A stretch of 64,000 nucleotides of DNA from an uncultured Gemmatimonadales bacterium (lineage in GTDB: Bacteria > Gemmatimonadota > Gemmatimonadetes > Longimicrobiales > RSA9). Below are positions 42,783-52,665 of this stretch, one piece after another (position 1 is the stretch's first letter; each line of letters opens with the position of its first letter). The position numbers and the translations under genes are program-made. Location of the stretch: NCBI GenBank assembly GCA_963783305.1, contig CAWAMW010000016.1, positions 576,001 to 640,000 on the forward strand. Direction: 5' to 3'. The notes under the pieces are model-generated. The model was not told the origin of the DNA. It was given only the letters and a program-made list of their open reading frames with translations, and did no database searches.

Positions 42783-43382
42783 ATGAACGAGAAGACGGAG
42801 CTGAACAACGACGAGCAGGGCGTCGGCGCACATGAAGATCCGGAGGAGACGATCGCTTCGGATGATACGGCCGATGGTGAGTCGGGGGAGATCCCGGATC
42901 GAGCGGTCGCCGTGGAGGTCGACGAGCTGCGGGACGAGCTGCATAACCTGAACGATCAGCACCTGCGGCTGGCGGCGGAGTTCGACAACTATCGGAAGAG
43001 GAACGAGCGCGATCGGCAGACCCTCGCCACGCGACTCCAGAAGGACCTGGTTGCGAGTCTTCTGGACGTGCTGGACGACCTCCAGCGGGTCGCCCACTCC
43101 AGTCCCGAAACGGATACCGATGGAGTCCTGGAGGGGGTCGGCCTCGTGGAGAAGAAATTCGTCTCGGTTCTCGAGAACGCCGGACTCGAGCCCATCGACG
43201 CCGAAGGGCAGCGGTTCGATCCGGAGATCATGGAGGCCCTCATGATGGTCCCCACCGACGACCCGGCGAAGGACGATCACGTCGCGGACGTCTTCCAGCG
43301 TGGCTACCGTTTCCGGGACGCCATGGTCCGGCCGGCGCGGGTGCGGGTGTGGCAGCACGACGGCTCCGGAGCCGGCGACTAG
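42783..43382 (+). CDS. grpE: Nucleotide exchange factor GrpE
   Basis: [44 protein letters not shown]. Confidence 0.96.
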   Translation: MNEKTELNNDEQGVGAHEDPEETIASDDTADGESGEIPDRAVAVEVDELRDELHNLNDQHLRLAAEFDNYRKRNERDRQTLATRLQKDLVASLLDVLDDLQRVAHSSPETDTDGVLEGVGLVEKKFVSVLENAGLEPIDAEGQRFDPEIMEALMMVPTDDPAKDDHVADVFQRGYRFRDAMVRPARVRVWQHDGSGAGD

Positions 43383-43386
43383 AGCA

Positions 43387-44511
43387 ATGGCCATGGCGAC
43401 GTCGAAGGACTACTACCAGATCCTCGGGGTCCCCGAGAAAGCGGACGCCGGCGAGATCAAGAAGGCGTACCGCAAGCTCGCCAAGCAGTACCACCCGGAC
43501 GCGAACCAGAACGATCCCAGGGCTGCCGAGCGGTTCAAGGAGATCGGTGAGGCGTATGGCGTGCTCTCCAATGCGGAGAAGCGGAAGCAGTACGACCAGA
43601 TGCGTCGAATGGGGCCATTCTCGGGGTTTGGAGGCGCCGGTCGCGGCCCCGGCGGGTTCAGCGGTACCGCCACAGGGCCCGGTGGTGAGCGCTTCACCAT
43701 GGACGACCTCGGCGACATGGGCGGCCTCGGTGATCTGTTCAGCTCGATCTTCGACTTCGGCCGGAAGCGGAAGCCGCGCACGGGCCCCGAACGGGGCGCC
43801 AATGTGGAGTATTCAGTGGAGGTGCCGTTCGAGACGGCCGCCCGGGGTGGGACCATTGCGGTGACCGTGCCTGTGGTGGAGGAGTGCACGACCTGTGGGG
43901 GCTCCGGCGCCGCGCCGGGCACCCGCGCCGTGACGTGCGCCGAATGCGCAGGGACCGGCACCGTCTCGTTCGGTCAGGGCGGATTCGCCGTGAACCGCCC
44001 GTGCCCCGCGTGCTACGGTCGCGGGCAGGTCCCAGCGCAGCCATGTCCTTCGTGTGGGGGGAGCGGCCAGGTCCGGCAGGAGCGTCAGATTCGCCTCAAG
44101 ATCCCCGCCGGCGTGGACACGGGCTCGAAAATCCGGTTGCCGGGGCAGGGGGAGCGGGGGCACGCCGGCGGCACCGCCGGTGACCTCCTCATCACCGTGC
44201 GCGTGCAGTCCGATCGCTTTTTCCGCCGGAAGGGTCTGGACATCCACTGCACCGTGCCGGTGAACATCGCGCAGGCGACGCTGGGCTCCAAGATCCGCGT
44301 ACGTACGCTGGCGGGCGGAAAGGTCTCGTTGAAAGTGCCGCCGGGGACGCAGTCAGGGACCAAGTTCAGGATCCCGGGCCAGGGTGTGGAGAAGAGCGAC
44401 AAGCGGGGCGATCAGTACGTGCAGGTAAAGATCACGGTGCCCGAGCAGCTGGATGAAGTGGAAGAGCGGCTGCTGCGGGAGTTCGCGGAGGCCGCGGAGC
44501 TGAAGTACTGA
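43387..44511 (+). CDS. dnaJ: Chaperone DnaJ
   Basis: [13 protein letters not shown] region, four CxxCxGxG repeats. Confidence 0.97.
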   Translation: MAMATSKDYYQILGVPEKADAGEIKKAYRKLAKQYHPDANQNDPRAAERFKEIGEAYGVLSNAEKRKQYDQMRRMGPFSGFGGAGRGPGGFSGTATGPGGERFTMDDLGDMGGLGDLFSSIFDFGRKRKPRTGPERGANVEYSVEVPFETAARGGTIAVTVPVVEECTTCGGSGAAPGTRAVTCAECAGTGTVSFGQGGFAVNRPCPACYGRGQVPAQPCPSCGGSGQVRQERQIRLKIPAGVDTGSKIRLPGQGERGHAGGTAGDLLITVRVQSDRFFRRKGLDIHCTVPVNIAQATLGSKIRVRTLAGGKVSLKVPPGTQSGTKFRIPGQGVEKSDKRGDQYVQVKITVPEQLDEVEERLLREFAEAAELKY

Positions 44512-44520
44512 GGAGACGTA

Positions 44521-44754
44521 ATGACACGGATCATCCAGGACCAGGACCTGCTCCTCTGGGAGGCATATGCCACCACGGGCGACTTCGGATACCCGCAGCA
44601 GGCCCGCCTCGTCTTCCACTGCCTGACCAATCCGGCGCTGCGGGCTCGTGTGGTGGAGCAGGAGGGCGACATGTCGGACGTGGAGAATCAGCTGGCCACG
44701 CTGCCGGAAGGTGAACTGCTGGGGTTGCTGGCCGAGACGGAAGAGCTCAGCTAG
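44521..44754 (+). CDS. Small hypothetical protein
   Basis: GAGGAG SD; follows dnaJ by 9 nt. Confidence 0.7.
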   Translation: MTRIIQDQDLLLWEAYATTGDFGYPQQARLVFHCLTNPALRARVVEQEGDMSDVENQLATLPEGELLGLLAETEELS

Positions 44755-44758
44755 CGCA

Positions 44759-45877
44759 TCAGCGGATTCGACCACCGCCCACCAGGAGTTCGCCCCGGTA
44801 GACCGCCCCGGACTGGCCCGGAGTGACAGCGCGCTGTGCACGATCCAGCTGAAGCTCGAGCTCGGCCTCGTCCCGTGCGGTCACCACTGCCGGCACGAGC
44901 CGGGCCCGGTGCCGAAGGCGAACCTCCACCCGCTCGCCCGTCGCAGGCGGCGGGGCCAGCCAGTTGAGGTCTCCCAGCCGCAGTTCGTCGCGCATCAGTG
45001 ATGCCGCCTCGCCCACGACCACTTCGTTGCTGGCGGGCCGTGTACCCAGCACGTAGAGGCGCCGGTCGAAGCCGCCACCCAGACCCTTCCGCTGCCCGAC
45101 CGTGTAGCGGGCGTAGCCGTCGTGCTTCCCCACGTCCTCACCCTCCTCCGTCACCATACGACCGGAGCTGAGCGCGGGGTGCCTCTCTCCGAGCCGATCC
45201 GTGAGGAAGTCGGTGTAGTCGTTCGTGGGAACGAAGCAGATCTCCTGTGACTCCGGCTTTTCGGCCGTGCCCAGTCCGAGCGCGCGGGCGCGGTCCCGGA
45301 CCTCCGGCTTCGTCAGTCCCCCCACGGGGAAGAGCATCCGTTCCAGCACCGCCGGCGGAACCCCCCAGAGGAAGTAGGACTGGTCCTTGTTGTCGTCCAG
45401 CCCACGGAGGAGCTCGGGCGGTCCGTCGCCGGGATGGCGGATACGCGCGTAGTGGCCCGTGGCGATATAGTCTGCGCCGAGGGCGCGGCCGCGCCGGAGG
45501 AGGTCCGGGATCTTCGTGTTGGAGTTGCAGCGCACGCACGGGTTCGGAGTTCGCCCCGCGATGTACTCCGAGACGAAGTCGTCGATGACCGCTTCCCCGA
45601 ACGACTCCTCCATGTCGAACACGTGGTGAGGGATCTCGAGCTGATCGGCGACCCGGCGTGCGTCCATGATCCCGTCGAGGCCGCAGCAGGTGTTCGCGTG
45701 GGCCGCGGTCGCCTCATAGCAAAAGGTCTTCATGGTCGCGCCGATCACGCGGTAGCCGTGCTCGACCAGGAGCGCCGCGGCCACCGAGCTGTCCACGCCG
45801 CCGGACATGGCCACCAGCACGGTGGCTCCGGCACCCACCCCGGTGCCACGCTCGGCGGACGGCCCTGAGGCCCTCAT
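44759..45877 (-). CDS. mnmA: tRNA 2-thiouridine(34) synthase
   Basis: AMSGGVDSS, TPNPCVRCN, ATGHYA, KDQSYFL, ESQEICF, YTVGQRKG, AVTPGQ. Confidence 0.97.
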   Translation of the reverse strand: MRASGPSAERGTGVGAGATVLVAMSGGVDSSVAAALLVEHGYRVIGATMKTFCYEATAAHANTCCGLDGIMDARRVADQLEIPHHVFDMEESFGEAVIDDFVSEYIAGRTPNPCVRCNSNTKIPDLLRRGRALGADYIATGHYARIRHPGDGPPELLRGLDDNKDQSYFLWGVPPAVLERMLFPVGGLTKPEVRDRARALGLGTAEKPESQEICFVPTNDYTDFLTDRLGERHPALSSGRMVTEEGEDVGKHDGYARYTVGQRKGLGGGFDRRLYVLGTRPASNEVVVGEAASLMRDELRLGDLNWLAPPPATGERVEVRLRHRARLVPAVVTARDEAELELQLDRAQRAVTPGQSGAVYRGELLVGGGRIR

Positions 45878-47004
45878 GCGACAGCGCCGATTCGATTCAC
45901 GACCTCAATGAACCGGTCTGCTCCCTCCTCTACGTCCTCCACGACTGTGGACCAGCCGAGGGAGAAGCGAACGGCGGGATGGTCGTGGCGCCCCATGGCC
46001 ATGAGGACATGGCTCGGAGTCGACGCGCCGCTGTGACACGCCGACCCAGATGAGAGCGCCAGACCGGCGAGGTCCAGGGACGGCAGGAGGAGGTCAGGGT
46101 CGAGGTCCTCGAGCGAAAGACTCAGGAGGTGCGGCAGCCGGTCCCCGCCCCCGTTCACGCTCGCCCCGGGCAGCGCCTCCAGCAGCCGGGTCTCGAGGCG
46201 GTCCCGGAGCGTCCGGAGACGCTCCACCTCCCCGTCCAGGTCCCGCACCGCCGCCGACAGCGCCGATGCCAGCCCGACAGCACCGGCCACATTGGACGTG
46301 CCCGGGCGGATGCCGCGCTCCTGCCCGCCTCCGAAGAAGACGGGGTCCAGGTCCACGCCCCGTCGCACATACAGCGCGCCGACGCCCTGTGGACCGCCGA
46401 ACTTGTGAGCACTGAGAGAAAGGAGGTCGCACGGCACCTCCCGCACGGAGACGGGATGGTGCGCCACCGCCTGCACGGCGTCCGTGTGAAACACGATGCC
46501 GCCCTCGCGGCAGCGCTCCGCGAGGGCGCGGACCGGCTGCAGCGTTCCGACCTCGTTGTTCGCCCACATCACCGACACGACGGAATGCGGCTCGACCTTT
46601 ACCTCGTCCAGCGCCGCGACGTCCACGCGACCGTTCTCGTCCACGGCCAGGGTCGTAACGCCGGCGCCCTCCCGCGCGGCCTGCGCCGCTGCGTGGCGAA
46701 CGGCGCTGTGCTCGATGGCCGAAACGGCAACGCCCAGGCCGGCGGTGCGCCAGCGCCCCAGCACCGCCAGGTTGTCGGCCTCCGTGCCACCACTCGTGAA
46801 GACGATCTCCGCGGGTTCGGCCCCGATCAGCTCCGCCACGCGCTCACGGGCGTCCTCCAGGGCACCGCGCGCCCGTCGCCCGGCGCCGTGCACGCTGGAG
46901 GCGTTGCCGAACCGGTCTCCGAAGAAGGGAGCCATGGCGGCGCGTGCTTCCGGCCGAACGGGAGTCGTGGCGGCGTGGTCGAGATAGATGATTCTCTGGC
47001 TCAT
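45874..47004 (-). CDS. iscS: Cysteine desulfurase (IscS/NifS type)
   Basis: YLDHAATT, FTSGGTEADN, ANNEVG, HTDAVQ, SAHKFGGP, SSGSAC; overlaps mnmA start. Confidence 0.93.
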   Translation of the reverse strand: MSQRIIYLDHAATTPVRPEARAAMAPFFGDRFGNASSVHGAGRRARGALEDARERVAELIGAEPAEIVFTSGGTEADNLAVLGRWRTAGLGVAVSAIEHSAVRHAAAQAAREGAGVTTLAVDENGRVDVAALDEVKVEPHSVVSVMWANNEVGTLQPVRALAERCREGGIVFHTDAVQAVAHHPVSVREVPCDLLSLSAHKFGGPQGVGALYVRRGVDLDPVFFGGGQERGIRPGTSNVAGAVGLASALSAAVRDLDGEVERLRTLRDRLETRLLEALPGASVNGGGDRLPHLLSLSLEDLDPDLLLPSLDLAGLALSSGSACHSGASTPSHVLMAMGRHDHPAVRFSLGWSTVVEDVEEGADRFIEVVNRIGAVA

Positions 47005-47059
47005 ATCGGCCCGTAATAACCCATCTCCCACGAGAGGGTCCAGAGTGTATATTCAGGGA

Positions 47060-47401
47060 GTGGATACGCGCAGACCCCAGCCGGCTCTCCCGCCGGAGCG
47101 ACCTGAGCATTTCTTCGCCACCGTTCACGGCACGGTGTTCGGCGAGCGGTCACGGTGCGTGGAGGAACTGGCGGAGGGAGACGAGGTCCTTCTGCTGCCC
47201 GATCCTCCCATGGCGGACGATCCCGGGGTATGGGTGCATGGCCGGGAGGGGGATCTCATCGGCCACCTGCCGCCCGAGATCGAGGCGTGGCTGGCCCCGT
47301 GGCTGCACTGCGGCGGCAGGGTGGAAGCGCGGGCGGTCCGCGTATCCGGCGACGAAGTCCCCAGCTGGCGACGCGTCCTGATCGAGGTTCACTGCGGCTG
47401 A
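47060..47401 (+). CDS. Stand-alone HIRAN-like domain protein
   Basis: FFATVHGTVF..LAEGDEVLL.PDP..DDPGVWV..GDLIGHLP..LAPWL matches HIRAN pattern; start uncertain. Confidence 0.7.
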   Translation: MDTRRPQPALPPERPEHFFATVHGTVFGERSRCVEELAEGDEVLLLPDPPMADDPGVWVHGREGDLIGHLPPEIEAWLAPWLHCGGRVEARAVRVSGDEVPSWRRVLIEVHCG

Positions 47402-47403
47402 GG

Positions 47404-48132
47404 TCAGAACGTCGCCACCGGCAGCCCTACCACATCGTCCACGGCCATGGTCTCGCGGGTCCAGAACGGCTCGCCGTACGCCGTTCGAATCAGCCCGCCG
47501 TAGTAGGCGGCGTGGACCTTCAGCTGATCGCGAAGGTCGCGCTCCCCACCCGGATAGACCTCCCCCATCCCCTTCTTCCCCTCGAACTGCGATCCGAACG
47601 CGTACACCGCCCGGAGCTTGCGGTCCAGCTGGCTGGTGATATCCACGACGAACGTCGGTTTCGGCGCGTGCTCCCGGTAGGCCATGGCATACAGCACCTT
47701 CCGAGGCCGGAACGGATCGCCCTTGATGGGGGCCTTCCGGAGGCCGGCCACGAAGGCCGCGTCGTGCGCCAGCTGACTGGCGGCCCGGTGGTCCGGGTGG
47801 CGCGCTTCGGGCCACATGAGGATCAGGGTATCAGGCCGAAGCTCACGGAACACCTCGGCCACCACCGTCCGCGCAGCGGGGGTGTTCTCGAGAGCGCCGT
47901 CCGGGAGTCCTGCCACGCGACGGGTCGCCAGCCCCATGATCTCGGCGGCCCGTTGTGATTCCTGCGACCGCAGGGAGGCGCTGCCTGCGGTCCCGGCCTC
48001 GCCGCCCGTCAGGTCGAGGACTCCAGTGCGGTGACCGGCATCGGCCGCGCGGATGAGCGTGCCGCCGCAGAGGAGCTCGGCGTCATCGGGGTGAGCGACG
48101 ACCGCGAGGAGGTCGAGTGGAGCTTCGGTCAT
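47404..48132 (-). CDS. bshB1: Bacillithiol biosynthesis deacetylase BshB1 (PIG-L family)
   Basis: AHPDDAELLCGGT, GVLDLTGGEAGT, RHPDH, FVVDIT..K..AFGSQF, YGEPF. Confidence 0.85.
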   Translation of the reverse strand: MTEAPLDLLAVVAHPDDAELLCGGTLIRAADAGHRTGVLDLTGGEAGTAGSASLRSQESQRAAEIMGLATRRVAGLPDGALENTPAARTVVAEVFRELRPDTLILMWPEARHPDHRAASQLAHDAAFVAGLRKAPIKGDPFRPRKVLYAMAYREHAPKPTFVVDITSQLDRKLRAVYAFGSQFEGKKGMGEVYPGGERDLRDQLKVHAAYYGGLIRTAYGEPFWTRETMAVDDVVGLPVATF

Positions 48133-48156
48133 GATCTCGGTGGCTGGGCCCGGCCG

Positions 48157-49410
48157 CTACTCGTACCTGAGGGCCTCGACCGGATCGAGGCGGGACGCAC
48201 GCCAGGCGGGAAACAGGCCGAAGAATACGCCCGCAACGGCCGCCATGACCAGCGCGGCCATCACGGCGCCCGGCTGGATCTCCGCGGGGATCGGTGTAAC
48301 GGTTCGGATCAGCCAGGCCGCCCCGGCACCGATGAGCATGCCGATGGCCGCACCCACCACTGTGAGGGTGGACGCCTCGAAGAGGAACTGCCAGAGGATC
48401 TCCGCGCGGCGCGCGCCGAGCGCCTTGCGGACGCCGATCTCACGCGTCCGCTCCGTGACGGAGATCATCATGATGGCGATCACCCCCACGCCGCCCACGA
48501 GCAGCGCCACGGAAGAGAGAGCGACCATCACGATGAAGAAGACGCCGGTGATCTTGTTGAACGTCTCCAGGACCTGCTCCTGGCGGATCAGCGCAAAATC
48601 GTTCGGGGCGTCCGGGCGCAGCCCCCGCATGGCTCGAAGTGTCCCGATCACCTGGTCCATGGCCTGCTGCTGGCTCGACCCGTCTGCGGTGACCACCAGC
48701 GCGCGCAGGAAGCCGTCCCACGTCTTCAGGTGCTTGAGCGACGCGGTGTAGGGGATCACCGCCATGTTGCTCTCGTTGTCCCCGAAGATATTGCCCTTCG
48801 TGCGATACACGCCGATCACCGTGAACGGTCGGCCGTCGATGCGGACGCTTCGCCCCAGCGGGTCGAGGCTTCCGAAGAGACTCTGAGCCAGCCCCTCCGT
48901 AAGCACCGTGACCGGCCGGGAGCCCGTGACGTCCGTGCGGATGAAGTTGTGGCCAGCCACGAAGTCCCCGATGGTGAACTCGTCCCACCCCTCGCTCTCA
49001 CCCGCCACCGTGACGTTGATCGGATCACCGCCCCTTGGACCGGTGAGCGATGCGCTCCGGACCAGCTCCACGATGGCGGTCCGCACATGCGACAGCTCAC
49101 GGATCCGTTCCGCCTCGCGCGGAGTCACCGGAGGGTTGTCGCGCCAGCTCGGTTCATCTCCCGGGCCGCTGAGCTGAATGCCCACGAAGTTGTACCGTGC
49201 GACAATGAAGTTCTTCGGTCCCGCGGCCTCGATCCCCTCCATGGCCTGCCCCCGAATCCCCGCCACGGCCGCCGTCATCGTCATGACCGTGGCCACGCCG
49301 ATGACGATTCCGAGGATGGTGAGGGCCGAGCGGAACTTGTTCGCCCGGAGCTGCTCGAGGGCGATTCCCACCGCTTCGCGGATCCGCTCCGCCGCGCCGA
49401 GGATCCTCAT
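48157..49410 (-). CDS. MacB/FtsX-type ABC permease
   Basis: RSALTILGIVIGV, VGGVGVIAIMMISVTERTREIGVRKALGA, PAWRASRLDPVEALRYE. Confidence 0.95.
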   Translation of the reverse strand: MRILGAAERIREAVGIALEQLRANKFRSALTILGIVIGVATVMTMTAAVAGIRGQAMEGIEAAGPKNFIVARYNFVGIQLSGPGDEPSWRDNPPVTPREAERIRELSHVRTAIVELVRSASLTGPRGGDPINVTVAGESEGWDEFTIGDFVAGHNFIRTDVTGSRPVTVLTEGLAQSLFGSLDPLGRSVRIDGRPFTVIGVYRTKGNIFGDNESNMAVIPYTASLKHLKTWDGFLRALVVTADGSSQQQAMDQVIGTLRAMRGLRPDAPNDFALIRQEQVLETFNKITGVFFIVMVALSSVALLVGGVGVIAIMMISVTERTREIGVRKALGARRAEILWQFLFEASTLTVVGAAIGMLIGAGAAWLIRTVTPIPAEIQPGAVMAALVMAAVAGVFFGLFPAWRASRLDPVEALRYE

Positions 49411-50651
49411 CACTCGGCTCTCAGCGCGACCACGGGGTCCAGCTTGGAAGCACGGGACGCGGGATAGATTCCCGCAACGACCCCTACCCCCACACCCATC
49501 ACCGCCGCAATGACGAGCCAGCGCACTCCGATGGCGGCCGGCATTGGGGAGACCGCCTCGATGAGCTCGGCCAACAGGATCCCGAGGAGGATGCCGATGG
49601 TCGCGCCAGTGAGCGACAGCGCACTCGATTCCACCAGGATCTGGAGGATGATGTCGCGACGCCGTGCGCCCACGGCCTTCCTCATGCCGATCTCACGCGT
49701 CCGCTCCACCACCGACATGAGCATGATGTTCATGATCACCATCCCACCCACTACCAGCGCGATTCCCACCAGGCCGGGGAAAGCAATGAAGAGAACCCGG
49801 CTGAACGTCTGCCAGAAGCTCATGGAGTCGTCCTTGGTCTCCACCTCGAAGGTGTTGGCCTCATCCGGTCGCAGCCGGTGGCGCACCCGCATGATGGCCT
49901 CCACATCGAGCCGAGCCGCTTCCAGCGCCTGCGGGTCGTCGGCCTTGACCAGGATGTTGTCCACCACGTGGCGGGGGTTCGTCAGCCGGCCCATGGCCGA
50001 TCGCGCGGGAGCGATGGCGCGGTTGTCCAGGGACATCCAGAACAGCTTTCCCTGCGACTCCAGGATCCCGATGACCTCGAAGGAGACGTTGTCGATCCGG
50101 ATGGTGCGCCCCAGCGGGTCGAGGGCACCGAACAGGTTCTCGGCGGTCTCGGAGCCGAGGACCACTACCGGCATCCCGGCTTCGTCCTCGAGCGGTCCGA
50201 AGAGCCGACCGCGGTCCACCTCCATCTCCCGGATCCGGAAGAAGTCGGAGGATGCCGCCGTCAGCCAGACCCCATCCACTTCGACACCGCGCCCCGACTT
50301 CGCCCGCCCGGTGCTCATACTTTCCACGGCGACGAGCGCGGGCATGGCCAGCTGCTGCCGGATCGCGTCTGCGTCGTCGATCCGGAGCTGCGGCCTGCGC
50401 CGCCACTCACGCCACTGCTCCCGGCTCGACTCCATCTGCACGGACGGGGCACGACTCACGGTGAGTGTGTTGAGCCCGAAGATGGTTTTGGCGAAATCCT
50501 CTTCCATGTACCGGTTCATGCCCTCCACGATGCTGATCACCGCGATGAGGAACATGACGCCGATGATGACACCCACGACGCTGAAGAAGCTCTTCAGCTT
50601 CTGCGCGCGAATCTGCGCGAACGCGAGCCGAATGGCCTCGCGAGGGCTCAT
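49410..50651 (-). CDS. MacB/FtsX-type ABC permease
   Basis: [56 protein letters not shown]. Confidence 0.95.
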   Translation of the reverse strand: MSPREAIRLAFAQIRAQKLKSFFSVVGVIIGVMFLIAVISIVEGMNRYMEEDFAKTIFGLNTLTVSRAPSVQMESSREQWREWRRRPQLRIDDADAIRQQLAMPALVAVESMSTGRAKSGRGVEVDGVWLTAASSDFFRIREMEVDRGRLFGPLEDEAGMPVVVLGSETAENLFGALDPLGRTIRIDNVSFEVIGILESQGKLFWMSLDNRAIAPARSAMGRLTNPRHVVDNILVKADDPQALEAARLDVEAIMRVRHRLRPDEANTFEVETKDDSMSFWQTFSRVLFIAFPGLVGIALVVGGMVIMNIMLMSVVERTREIGMRKAVGARRRDIILQILVESSALSLTGATIGILLGILLAELIEAVSPMPAAIGVRWLVIAAVMGVGVGVVAGIYPASRASKLDPVVALRAE

Positions 50652-51352
50652 GCGCCCACCACCGCCCGGGTCACCGTGTCGGATTCGATCACGCCATCCC
50701 GAAGCGTGATGCTGCGCCGCGCGTGCTCGGCGATATCATGCTCATGGGTGACCAGGATGATGGTCTGGCCGCTCTCGTAGAGCTCCTCAAAGAGCCCCAT
50801 GATCTCCTGGCCGGTCTTCGTATCCAGGTTCCCCGTGGGCTCGTCCGCCAACAGGATGGCGGGGTCGTTGACGAGGGCGCGGGCCACGGCTACACGCTGC
50901 CTCTGCCCGCCGGAGAGCTCGCTCGGCCGGTGGTCCATGCGGTCGGCGAGGCCTACCCGGTCCAGCACGTGCTCGGCGCGCTCCCGGCGCGCCTTCGAGG
51001 CCATCCCGCCGTAGATCAGAGGCAGCTCGACGTTGTGCAGCGCGGTGGCCCGTGGCAGCAGGTTGAAGGTCTGGAAGACGAAGCCGATCTCCCGGTTTCG
51101 GATGGCGGCGAGCTCGTCGTCCTCCATCCCGGACACGGGGGTGTTGTTCAGCCAGTACTCGCCGGCCGTGGGCGTGTCCAGGCAGCCGATGAGGTTCATC
51201 AGCGTGGACTTGCCGGAACCCGACGGTCCCATGATGGCCAGATACTCGTTGCGCTGGACCTCCAGGTCCACGCTGCGCAGGGCGTGTACGGTCTCGGCGC
51301 CAAGCTCGTAGTCCTTGGTGAGGCCTTCGGTGTGTATGACGGCTCGCTCCAT
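50648..51352 (-). CDS. ABC ATP-binding protein (LolD/MacB type)
   Basis: [40 protein letters not shown]. Confidence 0.97.
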   Translation of the reverse strand: MERAVIHTEGLTKDYELGAETVHALRSVDLEVQRNEYLAIMGPSGSGKSTLMNLIGCLDTPTAGEYWLNNTPVSGMEDDELAAIRNREIGFVFQTFNLLPRATALHNVELPLIYGGMASKARRERAEHVLDRVGLADRMDHRPSELSGGQRQRVAVARALVNDPAILLADEPTGNLDTKTGQEIMGLFEELYESGQTIILVTHEHDIAEHARRSITLRDGVIESDTVTRAVVGA

Positions 51353-51358
51353 GTCGCG

Positions 51359-52657
51359 TTACTCCGGGTTCTCGCGGGGGGTGGACGTGTTGCCCGCATC
51401 CTCGAGGATGCGGACGGGGGCGTCGTTCTCGAGCTCTCGGATCGCCTGGTACGGTCCGGCGACAACGCTGTCGCCCTCCGCGAGCCCGCTCAGAACCTCG
51501 AAGTGCTCCCGGCCCGTGATCCCAACACGGACGGGGACGAAGTGCGCTTCACCGCCGCGGATCACGAACACGCCCTCGACATCCTCGTCGTCGGCGCCGA
51601 GCAGAGCCTCGGCGGCGGCTTCCTGATCCTCGGAGAGCTCGGTATCGAGCGCCTCCATATCGTCCCGCTCGCGCACGGTGAGAGCGATGATCGGGATTCC
51701 CAGGGTCTGGGACCGGCTCTCTGTGATCACCTCCGCGGTGGCCGAGAGGTCCGGGCGGATGGTGGGCGGTGGGGCATCCAGTGTGATGACGACCTCGAAG
51801 TCCACGGCCTGCGACTGCTGGCTCATGCCGCGTGTGTTCGGATCCACGGTCGAGCTATGCCCGATCTCCGTCACCCGCCCCGTGAACTTCTGCCGGGGGA
51901 AGGCATCGATACTGAGGGTCGTGCTGTCGCCCAGTGAAATATCCGGCACGTCGGTCTCGTCCACCCGGATCACCGCCTCCATCACGGTGAGGTCGCTCAC
52001 GGTGAGCAGCAGGCTCCCGGGGTTGTTCATGGTTCCCACGATGGCGGTCTCGCCCTGCTCGATGTTCAGGCGAGTGACCACCCCATCAATGGGGGCGCGG
52101 ATCACCGACTTTGCCAGCCGGTCCTCCGCCTCGCGCAAGGCCGCGCGGGCGATCTCGACGCCGTGCGCCGAGGCCTCGTGCAGCGCGCGCTGCACCTCCG
52201 CCTGGGTCTGCGCTTCCTCGAACTGCTGGCCGCTGATCAGCAGTGAGTCCATGGCCCGCATTTCCTGCGATCGCCGGAGCGCCTGTTCCGCCTGAAGCAC
52301 CGAGGCACGGGCCTGGGCCTCCCGGGCGAGCGACTCGCTCACTCCCGCCCGCGCCCGCGCTGCCGCGGCCTCATACTGCGTGGGGTCGATCCGGAGGAGG
52401 ACCTGTCCCTTCTCCACCCTATCCCCCTCCTTGATCCTCAACTCCGTCACGCGGCCCATGATGTCGGACTGCACGTCCACCGCCACCCGAGGCTGGATCC
52501 AACCGCTCGCCCGAACCATGGACTCCAGGTCCAGCGTCTCCACCACGGCGGCACGAACGCCCGTCGCGTCATCCGCTCTGCCGCGGAACGCCACCGCCAC
52601 GGCCGCAAGACCGACGAGAGTGCCGATGCCAAGGAAGATCTTCGTCTTACGCTTCAT
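51359..52657 (-). CDS. Periplasmic adaptor (MacA/HlyD family)
   Basis: N-terminal TM, VKEGD-like IKEGDRVEKGQVL, IRAPIDGVV, VDETD, SGLAEGD. Confidence 0.93.
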   Translation of the reverse strand: MKRKTKIFLGIGTLVGLAAVAVAFRGRADDATGVRAAVVETLDLESMVRASGWIQPRVAVDVQSDIMGRVTELRIKEGDRVEKGQVLLRIDPTQYEAAAARARAGVSESLAREAQARASVLQAEQALRRSQEMRAMDSLLISGQQFEEAQTQAEVQRALHEASAHGVEIARAALREAEDRLAKSVIRAPIDGVVTRLNIEQGETAIVGTMNNPGSLLLTVSDLTVMEAVIRVDETDVPDISLGDSTTLSIDAFPRQKFTGRVTEIGHSSTVDPNTRGMSQQSQAVDFEVVITLDAPPPTIRPDLSATAEVITESRSQTLGIPIIALTVRERDDMEALDTELSEDQEAAAEALLGADDEDVEGVFVIRGGEAHFVPVRVGITGREHFEVLSGLAEGDSVVAGPYQAIRELENDAPVRILEDAGNTSTPRENPE

Positions 52658-52665
52658 GGTCGGTC

